Shown in pieces: positions 40,187 through 48,671 of a DNA stretch of 64,000 nt. The notes under the pieces were generated by a model. It worked only from the letters and a program-made list of their open reading frames with translations. It ran no database searches and had not been told where the DNA came from. The position numbers and the translations under genes are program-made. The stretch comes from Vicinamibacteria bacterium (GTDB taxonomy: Bacteria; Acidobacteriota; Vicinamibacteria; Marinacidobacterales; Marinacidobacteraceae). The DNA lies in the NCBI GenBank assembly GCA_963555995.3, contig OY821641.1:2368001-2432000 (forward strand), written 5' to 3'. Within the stretch, counting starts at the first letter, position 1. Each line of letters opens with the position of its first letter.

Positions 40187-41194
40187 TCGGCGCGGTCACC
40201 CCACCGCGCGCGCGAGCTGCTGACCCTGTCGGGGGCGAAGGACGATCCGCGGGACGCCGAGGGTCTGGCGCTGGCGCTGCGCGTGGTCCCCCGGATCTTC
40301 CGGCACCTGCAGCCGAAGCACCCGGTGCTGGTGCTGCTCCGGGACCGCGCGCGGCTGCGCGCGGACCTGGTGAAGCAGCGGACCCGGCTGAGCCAAAAGA
40401 TCCGGGCGCAACTGCTGCGCTACTTCCCGGCGATGTGGGCGCTGGCGGGAAGCCTGTCGGGGCTCTGGGGCGGCTTGTTCCTCACCCTGTGGGAGCGGGC
40501 CCCGACCCCGGAGCGGGCGCGGCGGCTGCACCGCGGCACGGTGGCGAAGGTGTTGGCGCGGTGCAAGATCCGCAAGCGCACCGCGGAGGAGGTGGTGGGT
40601 GTGCTGCGCCAGCCAGCCCCGGTGGTCGCCCCGGGAGTGACCGATGGGGCGGTGGAGACCATCGGGATGCTGGTGGCCCAGTTGCGGCTGGTGCACGAAC
40701 AGGTGAAGGCGTTGGACCGGGGGATCGCCGCGTTGCTCCAGCAACTGCCGGCGGCGCTCGGAGAAGCTGATGAAGAAGCAGACGGCGGGGACTCGCTGAC
40801 CCGGCTGCTGTCGATGAAGGGCGCCGGGCCGGTGGTTGCCGCGGGCCTGTTCGGAGAGGCGGGCGATCTCTTGGTGGAAGGCAGCCTCGGGCAGACCCGC
40901 GCCTATCTCGGCGCCGCGCCGGTCACCAGGAAGTCCGGGGGGAAAGAGACGCATCACAAACGGCGGGCGGTGAACCGCCACGGGCAGAACGCGCTCTACC
41001 ACTTCGCGATGGCCGCCATCGCCGCCGATCCCGGCTTCCAGCGACAAAAGGAGATCCTCAAGGCCCGTGGGCACAACCACGCCCGCATCCTCAGAACCCT
41101 GGGGGACCGGCTCCTGAGGATCTTCTTCGCCATGCAGCGCGACAAGACCCTCTACGACCCGGAGCGCACCCTCCAGAAGGCGGCCGCCGCGTGA
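40100..41194 (+). mobile_element. IS110-family recombinase/transposase; N-terminus missing or garbled
   Basis: GAKDDPRDA (RuvC KxDxxDA), L.S.KG.G, GAAPVTRKSGG (catalytic-Ser motif), G.NH..ILR.LG.RLLRI.FAM.RD..YDP. Confidence 0.88.
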
Positions 41195-41195
41195 C

Positions 41196-41520
41196 CTCCG
41201 CGGTGGACCTCATCCGGGGGACGACACCGAGCACCCGCGCGGGCGCCGGTCGAGCTGCCGGATGGCGCTGCCCTCCCGAAGGGGAGCGCCAACGCCACCC
41301 GGAGAAGGCGGACGGACGAGAGGGACACTGCACCTGGCCGGATCACTGCTCCCGGCCATCACAACCCCTCGCACAGTCCTTGCGGTCCGCCTTGCCGCCA
41401 TCGCGCTACGCTGCCGGGTGATGGCCTCGGTCCGGCTCGCCCCGGCCCGAAGCCTCCCCGGCTCGGACAAACACCGGAAGCACCAGCCGGCTCCCCTCAT
41501 CGCGCTGTGCCACCGCGGAG
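41196..41520 (+). ncRNA. Candidate IS110 bridge/seek RNA-like structured region
   Basis: Non-coding; closed by CTCCGCGGTGG/CCACCGCGGAG; nested stems CACCCGG/CCGGGTG, AAGGCGGAC/GTCCGCCTT, GGCCGG/CCGGCC separated by internal loops. Confidence 0.4.
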
Positions 41521-41770
41521 CCTCGAGCGCGTGGCGGCCCGGGTGGTGACGAGGCTTCCCACACTGCTCCAGGCGGACCCGGCCGGCGGCGCGTTCGGCA
41601 TGCAGATCGTGCTGTTCGCCATCATTTTCGGCATCTTCTATTTCATCGTCTTCCGTCCCCGGCGCAATGCTGCGGAGCCTCGAGCGCGGCGCCCGGGTGG
41701 TGACGACCGGCGGCATTCACGGGACCATCGCCGGGATTCAGGGTGACATCGTGCAGCTCAAGGTCACCGA
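41515..41770 (+). pseudogene. yajC: Duplicated, internally deleted yajC fragments (possible assembly artefact)
   Basis: 41554-41770 repeats the downstream yajC almost exactly, without its start codon; 41515-41552 is a third noisy copy of an internal segment. Confidence 0.7.
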
Positions 41771-41817
41771 TGCGGGTTTTTTCACATCAGAGTTTTCTCG
41801 GGAGCCGAATCCTGACC

Positions 41818-42119
41818 ATGCTTCCCACACTGCTCCAGGCGGACCCGGCCGGCGGCGCGTTCGGCATGCAGATCGTGCTGTTCGCCATCATTTTCGGCAT
41901 CTTCTATTTCATCGTCTTCCGTCCCATGCGCAAGCGCCAGCGGGAAACGGAAGCATGCTGCGGAGCCTCGAGCGCGGCGCCCGGGTGGTGACGACCGGCG
42001 GCATTCACGGGACCATCGCCGGGATTCAGGGTGACATCGTGCAGCTCAAGGTCACCGAACAGGTCAAACTCCAGATCTCGAAGAGCGCGGTCGCCAGCGT
42101 GATCGACAAGAAGCACTGA
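41818..42119 (+). CDS. yajC: Preprotein translocase subunit YajC (1-nt frameshift near 41953)
   Basis: IFYFIVFRPMRKRQ then L..G.RVVTTGGIHGTI...KSAV in a different frame; 302 nt from ATG to TGA. Confidence 0.85.
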
Positions 42120-42150
42120 GCGCCGGAGCGGCAGTTCCAGCAGCCTACCG

Positions 42151-43689
42151 ATGGCCAGACGCCTTCGCCTCAAAGGAGTCCTGCTCCTCCTCATGGTGGC
42201 GGGGCTCGTCTATGTGGTCAACCCGCCGCGGGACACCATCGTGCTGGGGCTGGACCTGCAGGGCGGCATTCACCTCGTCATGCGGGTCCACACCGAGGAC
42301 GCGGTGCGGGTGCTGACCGACGAGACCGCCGAGCAGTTCGCCGAGAACCTCGACAACCAGGAAATCGACTTTGCGGACATCGAGACCGAGGGACTCGGAC
42401 GGCTCACCATCCTGAACCTCGACGAGTCCCGCCTCCGTGAGGTCCGGGACACCGTCGCCTTCAGTTGGCCGGGCTGGGACCTGCGGAGCGCCGGCGGCGG
42501 CGACTGGCAGTTCAACCTCCGTCCCAGCGAGGAGATCGTGGTCCGCGAGCAGACGGTCACCCAGGCGATGGAGACCATCCGCCGCCGGGTAGACGAGCTC
42601 GGGGTCGCGGAGCCCGTCATCACCACCCACGGGAACACCGGGGACCAGATCCTCGTGCAGTTACCCGGCTACGAAGACGTGGCGCGGGCCAAGGAGATCA
42701 TCCAGGCCACGGCCCAGCTCGAACTCCGCCTCGTGCAGGCGGGGCCCGCCCTCGACGAGGCGGCCCTACCCCCGCTGAACAGCTCGCTTGAGAACATTCC
42801 CACGGAACTGCCCACCGGCGCGGTCGGCTACTACCAGGTGAACCGGGTCGCCGCCATCACCGGCCGCGACCTCCGGAACGCCCGGCAGGCGATTGACTTC
42901 CAGACGAACACCCCGAACGTGGAGTTCAGCCTGCATGCCGAGGGCGCCTCCCGGTTCCGCGACTTCACCGGCGCCAACGTGGGCCGGCAGATGGCCATCG
43001 TTCTCGACGATCTGGTGGTCTCCGCCCCCGTCATCCAGAGCCCGATCTACGACCAGGGCCAGATCACCGGGAACTTCACGGTGGACGAGGCCGTGGATCT
43101 GGCGCTCGTGCTGCGCGCCGGAGCGCTTCCGGCCTCGCTCGAGTACCAGGAGGAACGCACCGTCGGCCCCTCGCTCGGCGCGGACTCGATCCGCAGCGGG
43201 GTCACCGCGTCGCTCGCCGGCCTGGCGGGCGTCCTGCTCTTCATCATCTTCTACTACCGGCTCTCGGGATTGAACGCCGTGGTGGCGCTGCTCCTGAACC
43301 TCCTGATCCTGCTGGGCGCGATGGCGTACTTCGCGGCCACACTGACGCTCCCCGGCATCGCCGGCGTCATCCTGACCATCGGCATGGGGGTGGATGCGAA
43401 CGTGCTCATCTTCGAGCGCATCAAGGAAGAGATGCGAACCGGGAAGCCCCCCCGGACGGCCATCTCGGTGGGTTTCTCGCGCGTCTTCTGGACCATCGTG
43501 GACGCGAACATGACGAGTCTGGTCGCCGCCGCCATCCTGTTCCAGTTCGGCACCGGCCCCGTCCAGGGATTCGCGGTGACCCTCAGCATCGGGCTGGTGA
43601 GCAACGTCTTCACCGCCATGTTCGTGTCGCGCTACATCTTCGACCTGGTGCTCTCCGGACGGCGCCAGGTCGCCGCCCTGAGCATCTGA
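42151..43689 (+). CDS. secD: Protein translocase subunit SecD
   Basis: LGLDLQGG, RRVDELGVAEP, LRAGALPA, TVGPSLG, GMGVDANVLIFERIKEE, IVDAN. Confidence 0.97.
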   Translation: MARRLRLKGVLLLLMVAGLVYVVNPPRDTIVLGLDLQGGIHLVMRVHTEDAVRVLTDETAEQFAENLDNQEIDFADIETEGLGRLTILNLDESRLREVRDTVAFSWPGWDLRSAGGGDWQFNLRPSEEIVVREQTVTQAMETIRRRVDELGVAEPVITTHGNTGDQILVQLPGYEDVARAKEIIQATAQLELRLVQAGPALDEAALPPLNSSLENIPTELPTGAVGYYQVNRVAAITGRDLRNARQAIDFQTNTPNVEFSLHAEGASRFRDFTGANVGRQMAIVLDDLVVSAPVIQSPIYDQGQITGNFTVDEAVDLALVLRAGALPASLEYQEERTVGPSLGADSIRSGVTASLAGLAGVLLFIIFYYRLSGLNAVVALLLNLLILLGAMAYFAATLTLPGIAGVILTIGMGVDANVLIFERIKEEMRTGKPPRTAISVGFSRVFWTIVDANMTSLVAAAILFQFGTGPVQGFAVTLSIGLVSNVFTAMFVSRYIFDLVLSGRRQVAALSI

Positions 43690-43701
43690 CCGGGGAACCT
43701 G

Positions 43702-44691
43702 ATGGACATCCTCGGCGACACCCGGATCAACTGGATCCGGTACCGGTGGTGGTTCGCGGGCATCTCGCTCGCGGTACTCATCGCCGGCGTCTTCGACGTG
43801 ATCCGTAAGGACGGGCTCCGCTACGGGATCGATTTCTCGGAGGGCACCATAGTGGTGGCCAAGTTCGCCGAGACGCCCGAAATAGACGAGGTGCGGTCGG
43901 TGGTCACCGATCTCGGGTACGGGAGCGCGGTGATCCAGAGTTACGACCGGCCCGAGATGAACCAGGTCATGATCCGGGTCGAGAAGGCGGCGGAAGACGA
44001 AACCGCGGGGGCTGCGGGCCAGCAGCCAACGGAAGCCGGAATCGACGAGACGGCCAACCGGATCCTCGCGGCCCTGAGGGATGGGGCCGCCGGCGAGTTG
44101 GTCTCCTCAAGCACGGAGATCGTGGGGCCGGTGGTGGGCGAGGAACTGCGGCGGCGCGCCCGGAACGCCACCCTGCTGGCCCTCTTCGCCATGCTCATCT
44201 ACATCGGTTTTCGATTCGAGCCGGTGTACGGGGTCGGCGCCACGGTGGCGGTCATCCACGATGTGCTGGTGACGCTCGCCCTCGTGTCCCTCTTCGACTA
44301 CGAGATCAGCCTGAACGTGATTGCCGCGTTCATGACCCTCGTGGGCTACTCGGTGAACGACACGATCGTCATCTTCGACCGCGTGCGGGAAAACCGCCAC
44401 ATCCATCGGCGTCTGGATCTCGGGGAGATCGTCAACCTGTCTATCAACCAGACCCTCCGGCGCACCGTCCTCACCTCGGGGCTGACCCTCCTCGCCGTGG
44501 GGGCGCTGCTGACCTGGGGAGGCGAGGTCCTTCGGGCGTTCTCCTTCGTGCTGGTGGCCGGGGTCTTCGTGGGCACGTACTCCTCGATCGCGATCGCTTC
44601 GCCGATCGTGCTCTGGTGGCGCTCGGTACGCGGCGGCACGGCCGCCACCGCTGAACAGCAACGGCCCCAAGCGCCCCCGGTCAGGGTCTGA
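43702..44691 (+). CDS. secF: Protein translocase subunit SecF
   Basis: GIDFSEGT, VGPVVG.EL, HDV, GYSVNDTIVIFDRVRE, GTYSSIAIA. Confidence 0.97.
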   Translation: MDILGDTRINWIRYRWWFAGISLAVLIAGVFDVIRKDGLRYGIDFSEGTIVVAKFAETPEIDEVRSVVTDLGYGSAVIQSYDRPEMNQVMIRVEKAAEDETAGAAGQQPTEAGIDETANRILAALRDGAAGELVSSSTEIVGPVVGEELRRRARNATLLALFAMLIYIGFRFEPVYGVGATVAVIHDVLVTLALVSLFDYEISLNVIAAFMTLVGYSVNDTIVIFDRVRENRHIHRRLDLGEIVNLSINQTLRRTVLTSGLTLLAVGALLTWGGEVLRAFSFVLVAGVFVGTYSSIAIASPIVLWWRSVRGGTAATAEQQRPQAPPVRV

Positions 44692-44693
44692 CT

Positions 44694-44880
44694 TAAACAG
44701 GCTGTGGCAAAACCCTCGCGGCGTTCGAGCGGCGATGCATCCCGCCTGAACCGCGCCGCTTCGCGGCGCGCTGCGTTGCGTTTCGGTCGGAATACACGCG
44801 GCATTCCTCCCTCACGCGCCTTGTCGGCCGGGCGCCTCACCGCTCTCGGCGCTCACGCGGGTTTCACCACAGCCTGTTGA
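44694..44880 (-). mobile_element. 187-bp structured MITE/REPIN-like element, copy C
   Basis: AACAGGCTGTGGCAAAACCC...GGGTTTCACCACAGCCTGTT termini; same length and core as copies A and B; flanks TAAA/TTGA instead of CTAG. Confidence 0.85.
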
Positions 44881-44953
44881 CCGGCGCCGGGTTCGCGCGC
44901 TCCCGCGCCGGCGGGCGGCGGCCGCTAGACTCGGTGAACGAGGTTCGTGCCAA

Positions 44954-45724
44954 GTGCCGTCTGGACGCTCAAGGGACAGGACGCGGATCGGCCTCGGGAT
45001 GCCGCACACGCCATCGCCCGGCTTCGGCATCTCGCTGCCGCTCGGCGTGACGCTGCACGGCGCGCTGCTGGTGCTGCTGCTCCACCCCTCCTTCGAGGTG
45101 CGGAGCGACCAGCTCCCCGCCTTCGAGGCGTACCGGGTCCACCTCTTCGCGCCTCCCGCTGCCGCGCTCCGCCTGGGGAATCCCACGGCGGAACCCGAAC
45201 CCGAGCACGCCAGCGCAACGATCCGCGATACGGCCGCGAGGCTCGCCCCCCTCTTTCAGCGCGCCGACGTGGTCGAGGTGCTCGAAGCGGTGGAGTTCCC
45301 GTCGTCCTTCGGGTCCGAACACGGCATTCCCGACGGATTCTGGGAGGGGCTGGAATTCGGGGAGCCGGCCGGCGTGGTCGGGGGGATTCCCGGAGGGGTC
45401 CAGGGCGGGCAGATCGGCGGTCTCCGGGAAGCGGCCGATCCCGTGCTCCCTCCCCCGGACGAACCGCCCGCGGCGCTTGCCATGCCGCGTCCCCGCTTCC
45501 CGAAGCAGGCGCTCCGGGACGGCGTCCGCGGGCGCGTTGTCCTGCGGGCCCTGATAACGGAGCGCGGGACGGTCGAGGTGCTGCGCATCCTCCGCTCCAT
45601 CCCGGGACTGGATACGGAAGCGATTCGGGTCGTGGAGTCGGAGTGGCGGTTCCGCCCGGCCCAGCGGAACGGCCGGCCGGTAGCGTCGCTCAGCAACCTG
45701 GTAGTTCGCTTCTCGCTCCGCTGA
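44954..45724 (+). CDS. TonB-family energy transducer
   Basis: N-terminal TM with HG (VTLHGALL), GG-rich linker, P.FP..A...GV.G.V.L..LI..G.V TonB_C, WRFRPA..NG.PV; start uncertain (possibly ATG 44999). Confidence 0.8.
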   Translation: MPSGRSRDRTRIGLGMPHTPSPGFGISLPLGVTLHGALLVLLLHPSFEVRSDQLPAFEAYRVHLFAPPAAALRLGNPTAEPEPEHASATIRDTAARLAPLFQRADVVEVLEAVEFPSSFGSEHGIPDGFWEGLEFGEPAGVVGGIPGGVQGGQIGGLREAADPVLPPPDEPPAALAMPRPRFPKQALRDGVRGRVVLRALITERGTVEVLRILRSIPGLDTEAIRVVESEWRFRPAQRNGRPVASLSNLVVRFSLR

Positions 45725-45891
45725 CAGTCGGCGGCCGGCGGGAGAATTCCGCGGTCCACCTCGTGCTGTAGAGGGACTCGCGAGCCGCGGCTCCGGGGGA
45801 TCGCAAACCGGAGAAAAGGAGGCAGCCGCGGGCCGTTCCGGGACCGCGGCGTCAGCCCCCCGCGGCCAGCCCCTCGGGCACTGATTCTCGG

Positions 45892-45921
45892 TTGACATGG
45901 CGGGGGGCCGAGTGCTAGTTT
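45892..45921 (+). promoter_or_regulatory. Sigma70-type promoter for the tonB-exbBD operon
   Basis: TTGACA, 18-nt spacer, TGcTAGTTT. Confidence 0.65.
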
Positions 45922-46066
45922 CCCCATCTTCTCAGGCAGCCCGGCAAGTCGTCTGCCGTCCCGCAAGGGCTTCGGACCCGGCGGCTGTCCGGGCTGTTGT
46001 CAGCTTCCCCCTTCGCCTTTCCCCCGCAGTTGAGGGAGAGACGGACCCGGGGAAAAGGAGCCTAAC

Positions 46067-46777
46067 GTGACAAGAGAGCCAACCTTCGAACTGGCGGGAC
46101 GCGACCAGAATCTCGGGCGTTCCCTCGGCAGTTTCGCCTTCTCGTTTCTGCTCCAGGGCGGCGCCGTGGTGGCGTTCATCGTCATTCCCATCCTCGCCGT
46201 CAACCTTCCCACTCCGGAAGGCATCATGACCTTCATGGCGGCGGCGCCGCCGCCACCGCCGCCACCGCCGCCGCCGCCGCCGCCGAAGGCCAGGCGCCGG
46301 GCCGCTCCGAAGCCGGTTCTCAACACGACGCCGCAGTTCGTGGCGCCCGTGGACATTCCGGACGACCTCGGTGACGCCGGGGTGGACTTCGGAGTTCCCG
46401 GCGGCGTCGAGGGTGGAGTTCCCGGCGGGATCATCGGCGGTATCGTCGGCGGCCTGCCTTCGGGCCCCCCGCCCCCGCCGCCTAAGGCCGCTCCGGTCCG
46501 CGTCGGCGGAGAGATTCGGGAGCCGACCCGCACGGTCTACGTGCAGCCCATCTATCCGGAGATCGCCAAACAGGCCCGGGTCTCGGGAGTGGTGATCCTC
46601 GAGGCCATCATCGACCCGGCCGGCAACGTGACGAATATCTCGGTGCTTCGCTCGATTCCCCTGCTCGACCAGGCGGCGATGGACGCCGTGCGGCAGTGGA
46701 GGTACCAACCCACTCTGCTCAACGGCGTGCCGGTTCCCATCGTCATGACCGTGACGGTAACCTTCAATCTTGGCTGA
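46067..46777 (+). CDS. tonB: Energy transducer TonB
   Basis: TM segment, poly-Pro, GGVEGGVPGG, VRVGG, PIYPEIA..ARVSGVV.LE..ID, WRYQPTLLNG.PV; AAGGAG RBS. Confidence 0.88.
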   Translation: MTREPTFELAGRDQNLGRSLGSFAFSFLLQGGAVVAFIVIPILAVNLPTPEGIMTFMAAAPPPPPPPPPPPPPKARRRAAPKPVLNTTPQFVAPVDIPDDLGDAGVDFGVPGGVEGGVPGGIIGGIVGGLPSGPPPPPPKAAPVRVGGEIREPTRTVYVQPIYPEIAKQARVSGVVILEAIIDPAGNVTNISVLRSIPLLDQAAMDAVRQWRYQPTLLNGVPVPIVMTVTVTFNLG

Positions 46778-46970
46778 CGCCGATCCGGAACGCCTATCCC
46801 GGAAGCCCGGTTTTCCAGTCCAGACCACCCAGTTTCATCAAGGCTGATTTCGCCCTGCCCACGATGCGGATTGACCGGATCCCAGCGATCCGACTCGTAC
46901 CGATCCTCAGTCCGGTCCCGGGCAGGCGAAGCCAAACGCTTTTTTCCTAGATCCCAGGAGGACGAACGGA

Positions 46971-47639
46971 ATGTCTTTTGACTTGCTTGAGATCTGGTCC
47001 CACATGGGGCCGGCTGCAAAGCTCATCAACGGCGTGATGGCCATCATGTCGGTTTATTCGCTCTCGGTCATGATCGAGCGCTGGCTGACCTACCAGAAGG
47101 CGAAGGGCCAGTCGCGCGGTTACTCCGTGCGCATCGCCAAGGAGCTCAAGGCGGGCAACATCGACAGCGCCATCAAGGTGAGCAAGGACAAGGATGTCAA
47201 GAACAGCCACCTCGCCAAGGTGCTGCTGGCCGGACTTCAGGAGATCCAGTTCCAGACCGAGGAAGGTAGCGGGGACAAGGACATCACGATGGAAGCGGCC
47301 CACCGGGCCATCCAGCGGGCCACCGCCATCAGCATGATGGACCTGCGCCGCAACCTCTCGGGCCTCGCCACCGTGGGCGCCACCGCTCCCTTCGTGGGCC
47401 TTCTGGGAACCGTGCTCGGCATCATCACCGCGTTCCGCGGCATGGCGCTGACGGGTTCCGGCGGAATCGGCGCGGTGTCGGCCGGAATCGCGGAGGCGCT
47501 CATTGCGACCGCCTTCGGGCTCTTCGTCGCCATCCCGGCCGTGTGGGCGTTCAACTACCTGACGAACCGGGCCGATGGGTTCGGCGTCGAGATGGACAAC
47601 GGCGCGTCCGAGCTCATCGACTTCATGGCGCGCCGCTGA
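46971..47639 (+). CDS. exbB: MotA/TolQ/ExbB proton channel
   Basis: LATVGATAPFVGLLGTVLGI, GIAEALIATAFGLFVAIPA. Confidence 0.9.
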   Translation: MSFDLLEIWSHMGPAAKLINGVMAIMSVYSLSVMIERWLTYQKAKGQSRGYSVRIAKELKAGNIDSAIKVSKDKDVKNSHLAKVLLAGLQEIQFQTEEGSGDKDITMEAAHRAIQRATAISMMDLRRNLSGLATVGATAPFVGLLGTVLGIITAFRGMALTGSGGIGAVSAGIAEALIATAFGLFVAIPAVWAFNYLTNRADGFGVEMDNGASELIDFMARR

Positions 47640-47782
47640 CGCGGCTTCGCCGGAGTCACCCTTCAATGCCCCGCTGGCGCGACCCCAAGGCCTCTTCCGG
47701 CCTCGGGGCAACCGCGCCGGCGGGCCCCATTCCGGCCCCGCCCAGGGCGGCGGCGGACAGGGAAACCAAGGAGTAAAGCGTC

Positions 47783-48196
47783 ATGGGAATGGCAGGACTT
47801 GGTAGCAAGGACGTCAACGCCAACATCAACGTGACCCCCCTCGCGGACGTCATGCTGGTGTTGCTCATCATCTTCATGGTTGTGACGCCGCTGCTGCAGA
47901 AGGGAGTGGACGTCAAGCTGCCGATAGCCGACTACGGCATAGATCACGCGGACAGCGACGATGTCGTCAACGTGGCGATCCGGGAGGACGGGGCGATCTA
48001 TCTCGACCTCATCTCCGTCCCCAGGCAGGAGCTGCCGAACCTCCTCGTGGAGAAATTCGCGGGCAAGACGGACAAGATCCTCTACCTGAAGGCCGACGAG
48101 CGGCTTCCGTACCACGAAGTGCTCGGCCTCATGTCGCTCTGCCGCGATGGCGGAGCCGACGAGATCGGCCTCATCACCGAACGAGCGGCCGAGTAG
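47783..48196 (+). CDS. exbD: ExbD/TolR family protein
   Basis: INVTPLADVMLVLLIIFMV, LKAD. Confidence 0.9.
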   Translation: MGMAGLGSKDVNANINVTPLADVMLVLLIIFMVVTPLLQKGVDVKLPIADYGIDHADSDDVVNVAIREDGAIYLDLISVPRQELPNLLVEKFAGKTDKILYLKADERLPYHEVLGLMSLCRDGGADEIGLITERAAE

Positions 48197-48233
48197 CAGC
48201 CTCCAGCAGGGCGAACGCCCAGGAGAAACCATC

Positions 48234-48638
48234 ATGGGAATGGCAGGATTCGCCTCCGGCGGAGTCACTTCCGACATCAACATCACACCGCTCATTGATG
48301 TGCTTCTGGTGCTCCTGATCATCTTCATGGTCGTCACCCCGCTGACCCAGCAGGGGCACGACGTGGAAATGCCGGACAACCAGGACCAGGTCATTGACGC
48401 CGAACCGGATCCGAACCAGTTGGTGCTGAGCATCGACTCGTCCGGACAGGTGACCATCAACAAGCAGGTCGTCGAGCCGGAGGAACTCCCCCTGCGTGTC
48501 CGCGACATCTTCGAGACCCGCGCCGACAAGACGATCTTTCTCAAGGCCGATCCCTTCCTGTCCTATGGACAAGTGGTTTCCGTTCTGGACATCGTGAAGG
48601 GCAACGGCGTCGAGCGCGTCGGAATCGTCGCCCAATAG
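48234..48638 (+). CDS. exbD: ExbD/TolR family protein, second paralogue
   Basis: INITPLIDVLLVLLIIFMV, FLKAD; AGGAG RBS. Confidence 0.9.
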   Translation: MGMAGFASGGVTSDINITPLIDVLLVLLIIFMVVTPLTQQGHDVEMPDNQDQVIDAEPDPNQLVLSIDSSGQVTINKQVVEPEELPLRVRDIFETRADKTIFLKADPFLSYGQVVSVLDIVKGNGVERVGIVAQ

Positions 48639-48671
48639 CTGCTCGCGCAGCCCCAGAGGAGATCACAAGCA

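Noticed and set aside
38875-40770. 631-aa ORF as a TGT fusion protein
   Set aside because: The extension is out-of-frame read-through across the scrambled junction into IS110 sequence.
46245-46285. (CCG/CCA)n run as a contingency repeat
   Set aside because: It encodes the normal poly-proline linker of TonB and is in frame.
48194-48202. TAGCAGCCT after the first exbD stop as another element remnant
   Set aside because: Only 9 nt match, with no preceding C and no internal element sequence; chance is plausible.
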